Positions 52,471 through 64,000 of a stretch of 64,000 bases of DNA are shown here, in pieces; position 1 is the stretch's first letter, and the number at the start of each line of letters is the position of its first letter. The position numbers were made by a program, and so were the translations under genes. Where the stretch lies: the NCBI GenBank assembly GCA_964016885.1, contig OZ024742.1, positions 235,414,001-235,478,000 on the forward strand, given 5' to 3'. The stretch comes from Eledone cirrhosa. Lineage: Eukaryota. Under the pieces are notes generated by a model. That model was not told the DNA's origin, ran no database searches, and worked only from the letters and a program-made list of their open reading frames with translations.

Positions 52471-53619
52471 CTTTAAGATCAACGAAAGCTAGATTATAAG
52501 TTCATAATCAATTCTCTATAGACTCAATTTCACTGTTTATAATGAAAACAATGTGCCAGCCAAAGATGTTTTCTTATGCACATATTCATCAAAGCTTCCT
52601 TTTGAGGTAACCAACATTGAAATATGGATGCTATTGTAAACAGCAAAAGATCTAAAATATCAGAATGACAACATACAAGAAGAATTTTAATCATCAATTA
52701 GCAATTTGACCACTGTCACTAAAACCAAGTTATTAGAATGTTATATTTACCTTAGCTCTATCAAGACTCAGAAACCACTAACTTTAGTTTTGTGTAAGTT
52801 ATGTTTGGAAACAATTTTGTTAAACAATATTTTGTTACAAAATACCCATCCATAAGTACAATATTTTGTTACAAAATACGAAAAACGGCATCCATTCCAC
52901 TCTGTAAAGTGGTAGTGGTGATGCCATAAAAAACCCCACATCCAGTAAGCTGGATGGCATAAGGAAGAGTATCCAGCCGAGGAAACCATGCTAAATATGA
53001 AATGTATGAGCAAGATGAAATCAATTTAATCAGTCTGGTCTCAGAGTGTGACAACCCATCCAACCCATGCTGCATGGAAAGCAGATGTAAAATGATGATG
53101 TGTTGAATCAATTTTACAAAAGATAGTTTTAATTGTCAAGAAAATAGCACCCAAAATTAGTTATAAGATTTTATTCAGTCCTTATATTTTACATAATTTC
53201 TCCATTATTTCTTTTTTTTTCCTTTTATTTTCTTCCTGTATTGGATTATGTTTAACATGGCTGTGGATGAGAATAAATTTTTATTAATTTCACATAAGTT
53301 GCTATTACTATTTTGCTACTACCGAGAGTAGATCTTTCTCCAGTGTGTATTCATTTGTCAGCTTCAAGTGAACTGGAAGAAAAATTGAGTACAAGAGAAT
53401 TGAATGTAGCATACAAGAAAGGTGATTGCATAGAGAGAGAGAGTTTTATAAAAAAAAAAATGTGCCAAGTGCTTGAAGTGGATGCAGCTGAGAAAGAAGG
53501 AAACTAAAGTAGACATGGGATGAAGTTGTGAAGAATGACTTTGAGAAAACAAACTGTTTGAAGATGACACAGGATCAAGCTGACTAGCAATATACTATAA
53601 TAGAAAACGCCCATAAACA

Positions 53620-53860
53620 CTGCTACACTGCATGTTGTTAGCTGTCGAGACACTGCATCCTTTAAAACCTCCATGCTTCCTAAGATTCACCAACACTACA
53701 TCTAATATTCCCCCTCCATACACACGCACAAATGTATATCATGACTCATACACTATTCACTTCCCTGACACTTGTATGTTATTCTATGTACTATACATGC
53801 ACCCTTGATGAGTTGTAGTGCACCTGAGCACTGTACACAATAATTTCATTATTATTATTA
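53620..53860 (+). mobile_element. LINE/SINE 3' end with (ATT)n tail; second copy at 57935-58148
   Basis: Near-identical GACACTGCATCCTTTAAAACCTCCATGCTTCC...GCACTGTACACAATAATTTCAT.ATTATT. Confidence 0.65.
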
Positions 53861-54378
53861 CTTAAAAATGACAGTGTTTGGTAATCAAGATAGAGACTAT
53901 ATAGAGGTTGAGAGGACTCTTTAATCTGGCTGAACATGTGACAATCTCTCCAATGCTGGTACCATGATAAAATGCACCCATCAACCTGTAAATGCAGTAG
54001 TACTGGTGCCACAAAAATGCACTCAGTACACTCTGTAAGGTGTTTGGTGCAGGAAAAGAATCAAGCTATAGAAACTGTGCTAAATATAGAATGTATGAAC
54101 AAGATGAAGTCACTCTGACCTATCTGGTCTTGGACCGTGACACCCATCCAACCTATGCCAGCATTGAAAGCAGTTGTAAAATTACGATGACAATAATGAT
54201 GAAGTTTACAATTCAGAAATAAGAATTCCCAAAATATTTTAGTGAAAGGTTTCTCTCAAATGAAAGTACATTGGTAGATTATATGATGAAATTTCAAAGG
54301 GAATAATATTGACATATTTCATTATGATAAATGTTCTCCAATACAAACATGTTGGTAGACAATAAGTTTAGATTAAGG

Positions 54379-54900
54379 TGGAGAATTGGCAGAGGTGTTA
54401 GAGTGTCATATTAAATGTCTTGCATTATTTGTTTACATGGCGGTGAATTGGCAGTATCAGTAGAGGGTCGGACGCCATGCTTTGACGCATAGAGTTACGG
54501 CCCTTGCCATTCTGAGTTCAAATCCCGCTGAGGTTAACTTTGCCTTTCATCCTTACGGGGTCGATAAAATAAAGTACCAGTAATACACTAGGAAATTGCT
54601 GGCCTTGTGCAAAAAGTAGAAACAATTATTTGTTTACGGGGTCGATAAAATAAAGTACCAGTAATACACTGGGTAATTGCTGGCCTTGTGCCTAAAGTAG
54701 AAACAATTATTTGTTTTGGCTCAAATCCCGCCGAGGTCAACTTTGCCTTTCATCCTTATGGGGTCGATAAAATAAAGTACCAGTAATGTACTGGGTATTT
54801 GCTGGCCTTGTGCCAAAAGTAGAAACAATTATTTGTTTTGGCTCTCTGTGCTTTGAGTTTCAAATGCTGCCGAAGTCAAACTCTCATTCTTTCGGGGCCA
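54379..54900 (+). mobile_element. Cluster of tRNA-derived SINE copies with triplicated 3' halves
   Basis: GGGGTCGATAAAATAAAGTACCAGTAAT...AGTAGAAACAATTATT occurs three times; same family as 30975-31165. Confidence 0.8.
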
Positions 54901-55059
54901 ATATATGTACAAAGTACCTGACAGGAAGAGTGTATTAATGGAATTCTTAGGACAACAAATGTGATGTTGCTGGTATCTCTTTTGGCCCTTTGCATATTTA
55001 GTTCACCAGCGATGTCACTGGTGCTAAGCTATATCGACTCTTGCCTTTTTCTTGTTTAA

Positions 55060-55270
55060 CCCTTTAGCATTTAAACCAGCCAGAATTCTCTCACCTCTTT
55101 CTATTCAAACCGGCTGTAACTGGTCACTCATACTTATGTTACGGTATTGTTCTCAAAATAAATGATATCAAAATCTCATAGATTCGATTTTATGTGACAT
55201 AATTATGTAAGGTAAAGCCTTTACTGTGAAAATACAATAGTATATATAGAGTAATATAAATGCTAAAGGG
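55060..55270. mobile_element. piggyBac-type MITE
   Basis: TTAA TSD (55056-59, 55271-74); perfect 14 bp TIR CCCTTTAGCATTTA. Confidence 0.9.
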
Positions 55271-55399
55271 TTAAACATCAAAGGCATGAAGAAAGGAGAC
55301 TTGTATACAGACAACTGCTGGTTTTCCACACAAAACAACTTGTCCAGGACTCCACTTTAGAAAAGAACTTTCCAGATCATGAGACATGCAGATGAAATA

Positions 55400-56262
<863 letters not shown>

Positions 56263-56865
56263 ACTGAGCCCACTGCTCTCATCATAGTTCTCCGGTCATA
56301 ACAAAGGAGTTTAAAACTGGCTGTCCATGAGAATTTCTTTATGTGGATGATTTGATTCTTATAGCCAAATCCATACAAGAACTAGAAAATAAGTTCCAAC
56401 TATGGAAACAGAATTTGGAATCAAAGGATCTGAGAGTAAATTTAGCCCAAACTAAAGTGTTAGTGAGTAGGAAAGAAGATAGGACCCTGATCCCTTCAGA
56501 GAAGCAGCTCCGCTCAATCTGTAGAAAAGGAGTAGGTATAAACTCCATACGGTGTACACAAGAGATGTGGAACAATGGGTAGACTAACAGAAAAGGAAGA
56601 CTTTGTATGTAGATAAAAATGGGGAAGATCATCAGTGATATAAACCTCTTCAAGTCACTAGAAGGGTCTATAGAAGTGGTTGATAGCTTCTGCTATTTAG
56701 GTGACTTAATTAGCAGTGGAGGTTGTCTCATCCACTGCAGGCTAAAAGTACCTCTCACCACATTTAGTTCTTGCATCTATCCTTCTCTCAGAGTAAAGGC
56801 CTTTGTTAACAGTAGCGGTAACAGCTTGAAATTCTTCCACCATTCTCACACAGTAATGCTATGAG
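56263..56865 (+). mobile_element. RTE LINE RT fragment abutting the 5' end of the pseudogene
   Basis: YVDDLILIA..LRVNLAQTKVL and VDSFCYLGDLI. Confidence 0.8.
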
Positions 56866-58547
56866 TGTCTTCGCTTAGAAAGCAACACTAATATTCTGTC
56901 GTAATGTGTAAATAAATGTGCACAAATCCTGTACATATTTTTTTTTTTATTGTTCCTTTTGCAAATCATAACCACACCTCTGTTTCTTTTATCGATTTCT
57001 TTCTTTTGTAAACCATTTTCATAACAAAATAAAAATATTAAAGGAATCCTTATCTTCACATCTTCCTGATCTGTAAAGTTTTAATACTAGGTAGGGAACA
57101 AGGGATAAGATTGATAAATAATTTTGTCCCAGTTTAATACCAATTATTTGATCAAGAACCAATGTTTTCATTTTATTCCTTGGAATGAGATCAGTGTTAT
57201 TTCCAGCTTGCACTGTATGGTGTAGAATCATTATTTTTCATTGATGGAATATGACATGGTCAAGGGTGCATGGAGAGACCCTGCTATAAATTCTTGGATC
57301 ATATTTAGAGCAACAAATAAATAAAAAAAAACTGCGTTGTTAGGCAACCAACCCCCAAGCATGGATGTCACCATAAACCAGCAAAAGATTGAAAATATCG
57401 AAATGCCCACATACCTGAAAAATTCTACCTAATCAATGAAGCAATATGACCACTCACTAAAACCAAGCTACTGGTATGTTCTAATTTAGGTGTATCAAGA
57501 TACAGGAGCTGCTAACTTTAAAAATATTTTGTTACAAAATGTCAGTGGTGAATAAGTTTTACCAAAGACAATTTTTATTATACAGAAAATAATACACAAA
57601 TATTATAGCTATTTTAATTTGGAAATTATAAGACTATGTTAGGAAGGGAATCCAGTTATAGAATCCATACCAAATATGGAACATATGAACAATATAAAGT
57701 CGCTTTCACCCATCTGGTCTTGGACAACCCATCCAAGTATGGAGAGTGGGATGTAAATTGATGAGGATGATGTGAGTATTTTATATCAAATATCAATCTT
57801 AATATTTTACATAAATTTTACATCTATTTAGAGAAAACGTTTTCGACAAATCATCTCAATAATATTTTCCTTCTGTATATATTGGGTTATGTTTAGCAAC
57901 ATGGCTTTGTTTTCCATGAAGCATGGAACAAATTACCTGCATCAGTTGTTAGCTGCCAAGACACTGCATCCTTTAAAACCTCCATGCTTCCTGAAATTCG
58001 CCTACACTACATCTGATATCCCCCCTCCATACACACACACACACATGTATATAATGACTCATAAACTGTTCACTTTCCTGACATTTGTACATTATTCTAT
58101 GTACTATACATGCACTGTACACAATAATTTCATCATTATTATTATTATAATGATATATGAGATTGTGTCTCTGTAAGAAACTTTAATGTTAAATAACAGT
58201 GAAGAGATTTTTCTCAGGGTGTATTTGTGAATTACAAGACAACTCAGAATAATTTCTAACATATTTCATACTGATAGTTTTTTTTGTCTAGTCTGCATTC
58301 AACTATGGATATGTGTTGACTTACTTCACTTGAATAATTATCCACATATTCCACTATGTTAAGTTAATAATTCACAACTAAGGATTTCCTAAATACTTCA
58401 GCACATTTGTAGATTACAGGATGAGAATTCAAAGTAAATCATTTCCAATATATTTCATCATGATAAATATTTTCCGATATGTACGTGGTGTACAATAAAT
58501 TAAAATTTCTACAAGAATTTCTTACATTTCACAGTTAAGAGTTTCCC

Positions 58548-59606
58548 TCACGTGTGTATTTGTCTGTGTGTTTTTAAGTGACCATTAGTGACAAATGATT
58601 TCCCACATATTTCACAATGATAGGGTTTTTCTCCAGTGTGTATTCTCTTGTGAACTACAATACTCGAATAATCAGAAAATGATTTTCCACATGTTTCACA
58701 ATGATAAGGTTTCTCTCCAGTGTGTATTCTTTTGTGAACTACAAGACAAGAATTAACCGAGAATGATTTCCCACATATTTCACAGTGATAAGGTTTTTCC
58801 CCAGTGTGGTTACGTTCATGACTTTTTAAATCACGATTATTTACAAAAGATTTCCCACATATGTCACAGTGATAGGGTTGTTCTCCTGTGTGACTACGTA
58901 TGTGTATGACAAGACTAGAATTCTGAGTGAATGACTTCCCACATATTTCACAGTGAAACGGTTTTTTCCCAGTGTGTATTATTTTGTGTTTTGTTAAATT
59001 ACTGTTAGAGACAAAATATTTCCCACATATCTCACAATGAAACGGTTTTTCTCCGGTGTGACTACGTTTGTGAACTACAAGACTAGAACAATCAGAGAAA
59101 GATTTCCCACATGTTTCACAACGGCAAGGTTTTTCTCCCGTGTGAGTTCTTTTGTGGCTTGTTAAATAACTATTTATCATAAATGATTTCCCACATATTT
59201 CACAGTGAAACGGCTTTTCTCCAGTATGAGTACGTTTGTGAATATCAAGATTAGAATTACTCACAAATGATTTTTCACATGATTCACAAGAATAAGGTTT
59301 TTCTCCAGTATGCATTCGTTTATGTTTCTTTAAATAACTGTTATAGAGAAAGTATTTTCCACATATTTCACAATGGTAAGGTTTTTCTCCAGTGTGTATT
59401 TCTTTGTGTGTTAATACTTCATGTTCTGAAGAGAATGTTTTCTTACAAATCTCACAGCTATAGTCAGGAATGCTTTCATATAACGATCTTTGTTCAGTAA
59501 ACGTTTCACTACATAAAGGTTTCTCGCCACTGTATATCTGTGTATCATTATCTAAAGTGTTAGAAACAGTTGTGTTACAAGTGTCCAAGTGATTCACGTC
59601 CTCCAT
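58548..59606 (-). CDS. Poly-C2H2 zinc finger protein, 352 aa, 11 fingers (CEIC subfamily)
   Basis: 11 intact fingers; N-terminus (CSETFT..DYSCEICKKTFSSEHE) shared with 48017-49810. Confidence 0.95.
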   Translation of the reverse strand: MEDVNHLDTCNTTVSNTLDNDTQIYSGEKPLCSETFTEQRSLYESIPDYSCEICKKTFSSEHEVLTHKEIHTGEKPYHCEICGKYFLYNSYLKKHKRMHTGEKPYSCESCEKSFVSNSNLDIHKRTHTGEKPFHCEICGKSFMINSYLTSHKRTHTGEKPCRCETCGKSFSDCSSLVVHKRSHTGEKPFHCEICGKYFVSNSNLTKHKIIHTGKKPFHCEICGKSFTQNSSLVIHIRSHTGEQPYHCDICGKSFVNNRDLKSHERNHTGEKPYHCEICGKSFSVNSCLVVHKRIHTGEKPYHCETCGKSFSDYSSIVVHKRIHTGEKPYHCEICGKSFVTNGHLKTHRQIHT

Positions 59607-60279
59607 ATTATTTCTCCGGGAATTTTTAACAGATATATCTGTGAGTGTAGTTTATTATGGTTCAGTTATTTGTCTTATATATCCCATGACTCTGTTTGCA
59701 CGATATAATTTGATTAAATGAAGTTATAAGATATTTATACTAATATATAGATATGAATTAGATTAGTTGAAGTTATAATAATAATAAGTAAACGGTGTTA
59801 TTGACAGATTTTCCCTTGCACGAATGACACCGGTGACATAATTAAAGGTCCCTAACATAAAAAAGCATCATCAGTTAAACCAAATATTACAGATCAACTA
59901 AGACACATCTACGCGCTCGTTCGGTCTGCTAGATATTACAGTCAAATCGGCCTTAAATAAATAAAACTACTTTCTTTTAAAAAGGAAGGACAAGTATAAC
60001 CTTATATACAAAAATAAAAGGTCAGACTTGGTTGGAACAGCTCCGTTCATACCTGTTCAATAAGGCTGACTTTATATATCTGTCTATATACATATGTATA
60101 TCATAGGTCTGTATGTATATGACTATATATATATATATATAGGCATATATCTATTACACACATATATATTTGTGTGTGTGTGTAATAGATTTCTGTGTCT
60201 ATGACATAAATGCACTTATAGCGAAATCGTAACCAAGTCTTGATTTTACGAAAGAGGGGAAAGTCAATTAAATTGATCG

Positions 60280-60426
60280 CAGTGCGTAACTGGTATTTTA
60301 TTTTATCGATCCCGTAAGGATGAAACTAAAGCTAACCTGGGCGAATTTGAACTCAGAACATAAAGGACTGTAACTCTATGCCGTAAAGCATGTGGGACAC
60401 TATCATTTACTGCTAATCAACCGCCC
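60280..60426 (-). mobile_element. tRNA-derived SINE (family of 30975; partial copy at 47450-47515)
   Basis: CTGGTATTTTATTTTATCGATCCCGTAAGGATGAAA...TTTGAACTCAGAAC is the reverse complement of the SINE. Confidence 0.75.
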
Positions 60427-60859
60427 TATGCCTATTGATAATGTTTATTAATTTTGGTGCAGAACCCCAAAAATTTATCAAACAGCATGACATTACCTTT
60501 TATTATAAAGGTCGGCCGATTATGACCTCTGTTGGCTCGCATGTCAAATTTACAATCTTATTTTCACTACCTAAGGTCAACCTAACATTATTATGTAGAA
60601 AAGGTGGTGAACACAATAATTGAAATATTAAACACAAGAATAAGAAAAAAAAAAGTGATGTAATGCAGTGTGTGTATTTAATTCTTTGTGAGTATTAATG
60701 AATAGTGGGTTAAATGATAAATAACTTATGAATCTATAATTAACTTGTATCTAAAGAACACAAATACATTGTGTCTTAGAGAGAAGGTATAGCAAGTTGT
60801 TAGCTTGAATACCCAGTGTAACATATCCAACAAGCATAGATTTGGGAAGAATTTTGGAG

Positions 60860-62400
60860 ATTCATCATCGTTTTAACGTCTGCTTTCCCTGCTAGCAAGG
60901 GTTGGACGGCTCTACATAGAGCAAGTCAGTACTAAAGCGGTGGCTATTGATCTCCCAGACAAGCCAGGGATCAGTCGTCTCACTTATGTATGGTCTCATG
61001 TTCTTTCGAATGCTCAGGGGAGGTTGTCATGTTTTTGACACAACTGAAGGTCTTCCCAACCCTTTTGGTTGGCAAGCTTTCTATGGCTGGATGCCGTTCT
61101 TATCACCAACCACTTTACAGCATGTACTGGGTGTGTTTATCATGTAGATCACCGAGTGTACAAGTGGCTGTCATTTCCTTGACATGCTTGAAGGATCCTC
61201 CCAACTCTTTGTTTGGTAAGCTTTCTATGACTGAATGCCTTCCCATCACCAACCACTTTACAGTGTGTTTATCATGTAGAGCTTTCTACGTCTGGATGCC
61301 TTTCCTATCACCAACCACTTTACAGCCTGTACTGGGTGCATTTATTGTGTAGATCACCAAACACTAAGGAGGCTGTCATACCTTGTCATGACTAAAGTGT
61401 CCTCCCAATCCTTTGTTTGGCAAGCCTTCCATGGTTGGATGCCCTTCCCATCACCAACAACTTCACAAGGGGCAGCAGCTACTATGAATGGGTGTGGGTG
61501 TGTGATGAGGAGCGTGTAGTGGTGTTGAGGATAGCTGATAATGAGTGGTGGTGGAAGGGAGAGGGGAGGGCATGCTGGGTCTTCTTCAGCACTAGCCTTT
61601 GTGGTCTTTAGTCATTTCCGTTGGAGTCTTCACAACCTCATCCCATGACTTCCACAGGTCACAGGAGTCACTCTGCATTTCTTTATATAGCTGTTATCTT
61701 CCATGTACATCACATGTCCATACTAATGCAGTCTTTTCTCTTACACACTGCATCCAATAACTCTTATGCCAAGTTTTTCTCCCAGTTTGCTTATGCTATG
61801 TTGCTCATGCACACTAACATTACACATCCATCAGTGCATACTCGACTCTGCAGGTCTTTTGCAGTCAAAGCCTGTTTCACTGCCATGTAACATTGCAGTT
61901 TGCACACAGTATACCCTTCATTCTGAGAGAAAAGCATTTTGTTGTTTGCAGTGGTAATAGATCTCTAAAATTCTTCCAGCCTGTTATTCTAGCTATCACA
62001 CTTTAGGAGCTTCCTACCTCACTGTTAATTTGGTTGCCTAGTTAATGAAAGCTATCAACAACTTCTATGGAGCCCTCCTCACCTCCGGTACTTGAGGGAA
62101 TCTATTTCACGTGTGTTCTTTGTGCTCACTTCCCCTGTGCATCTGTCACATGTAAAATCTATATTTTCTGTTTGCCTACCTGCAATCCCTCTTGTGCATC
62201 CATAATTTACATTGAGTACACCTTTTGAATTTCTGACATATTGAACAAGGCCACTTTCCTGATGGTATAACCTTCCTGTCTTCTTTCCAACTTATTAGGA
62301 TTTTCGTTTTTGCTAAATTTACTTTTAGGCCTTTCAATTCTAGGTTCTTCCATGCTTGAAATTTTGCCACTAACACTGCTACAGATTCAGCTATAAATGT
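60860..62400 (-). mobile_element. RTE LINE 3' portion with duplicated 3' UTR blocks
   Basis: LELKGLKVNLAKTK..GKWPCSIC..CKLWMHKR; (CAT)n tail at about 60863. Confidence 0.8.
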
Positions 62401-62476
62401 CAACCCCAAATCCTTTGACTAGTAGAAATGAATTAGTAATTTATTGTCCACAACACATTTTCTATTCATTCTTTAA

Positions 62477-62694
62477 CCCTTTAGCATTTAAACCAGCTGT
62501 GTCCGACCAGAATTCCCTCACCTCCTTCTGTTCAAATTTGCTGTAACTGGCCGTTCAAACTGATGTTAAGGTATTATACTCAAAATGAATATCAAAATCT
62601 CATAGATTTGATATTATGTGAGATAATCATGTGAGTTAAAGCCTTTCCCATGAAAATATAATAATATCTATAAAGTAATGTAAATGCTAAAGGG
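62477..62694. mobile_element. piggyBac-type MITE (same family as 55060-55270)
   Basis: TTAA TSD; TIR CCCTTTAGCATTTA / TAAATGCTAAAGGG; internal similarity. Confidence 0.9.
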
Positions 62695-64000
62695 TTAATA
62701 ACGTATATGATCCCATCTAGTAGTTACTCTGGTCCCCTTTTTTTTGAAATAAATATATTCATGTGTGTATATAACTAGGGATGCATATATGTGTGTGTAT
62801 ATCTATATACATGGGAATGTATGTGTAGGTATGTGTGTGTGTATATATATATATATATCGATTCAGATGTATGAATATGTACACATGTACTTATGTATGT
62901 AACTTTGTCGATATGCATATACCCTTTGATATCTTTATAAGTGAGGATTCTGTATATATACATATTTGGCTGGATGTCTGCAATTCCAGGATAATTATTA
63001 TGTATATTTATAATATGAATATTAGTGTGCATATTTGCTCTGTGTTTGTCTGCCTTTCCAACTCTTTCTCTCTAAGGAATCTACCTTTTCTTCAGACCTA
63101 TACGACATATAAACACATTGAACTAATTCTGAAAATAAGTGGCAGTTGTATACTATTATATATGGGTATATACTTGTATATGTTGGTATGTAGTTATATA
63201 CTATCATGTATATGTGTTGATATTTTTATGTGGGTATATAACTGTGTTTTTATACATATATGTATATGTCTGTTTGAGTATGTTTATTTTTGGAGATGTA
63301 CTTCTATATTTAATTCTAAAACTGTTTATGTCAAAGATATCTAAGTGGGTGTAAATATATTTGTATATATCTATGTGTGAGAATATACATTTCTAGATAT
63401 GTGTGTACGTATATGTGCATATATATATATGGGTGTGTCAGTGAGCCTATATAAGTATATGTATATCTGTATATATAAGTGAATAAATGGTGTTTATTAA
63501 AACGTTTTTAAAATATAATTTGAAGAATTATTTCCCTTTAATTATAAGTTTGAATCCCTTAGTCAAAAATATTTTTGAAAAATGTTTTTTTTAGTTTTCA
63601 ATATTTTAGGCACCCGTCATACCAATAAATCAACTTGCAAGGTTCCCCATCTTGTCTAAGGTATGAATTGAATTTCGGATACATTCTGCTTCAATTTAAT
63701 GTTTTATTTCTCCGAAGATGGGAAAGTGAAAAAATATACCTATATATCATTGTGTATGTATAGATAGATTATACAAAATGTCACCTAACATTATTAGAAT
63801 AACTGGATGTATAACTCTCTTGAAATATGTGTAAGGAATTAAAAATGATTTAAAAGCTAATTTTTCCATCTATATATTTGATTATATTTGCTGTGTTTTT
63901 GTCTGCCTTTCCAACTCTTTCTCCCTAAAAAAATCTGCTTTCTCTTCAGACCAATATAATATATAAAGACACTGAGTTAATTCTGAGAATACTTTGATGG

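Noticed and set aside
62775-63354. 169 aa and other ORFs rich in Y/I/C/V
   Set aside because: Translation of TA/TG low-complexity sequence

Overview
This is eukaryotic, AT-rich, repeat-dense DNA. The SINE and RTE content and the effector-less single-exon C2H2 genes suggest an octopus/cephalopod genome, but this is an inference. The window holds a tandem cluster of poly-C2H2 zinc-finger genes in two convergent subfamilies. Four plus-strand CDIC-type genes have 19, 11, 15 and 8 fingers and share a duplicated 5' non-coding exon structure. Two intact minus-strand CEIC-type genes have 20 and 11 fingers, with a pseudogene between them. The spacers contain decayed RTE-clade LINEs, tRNA-derived SINEs, CRE-clade RLE retrotransposons, a Hero/NeSL-like fragment, a mariner remnant, piggyBac- and pogo-type MITEs, a Helitron-like nest and a perfect 5x138 bp repeat. 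Four observations stand out: (i) CRE-clade elements inserted repeatedly and apparently independently at the 5' ends of the ZNF genes; (ii) three copies of one Rex3/Expander-like RTE family show twin-priming-type 5' inversions, two with TSDs; (iii) fingers are shuffled between paralogs while the first and last fingers stay fixed, next to a conserved K-x-E N-terminal motif; (iv) a splice junction creates an upstream ATG. There are no prokaryotic features or CRISPR arrays. Transposon boundaries were read by eye and are approximate.
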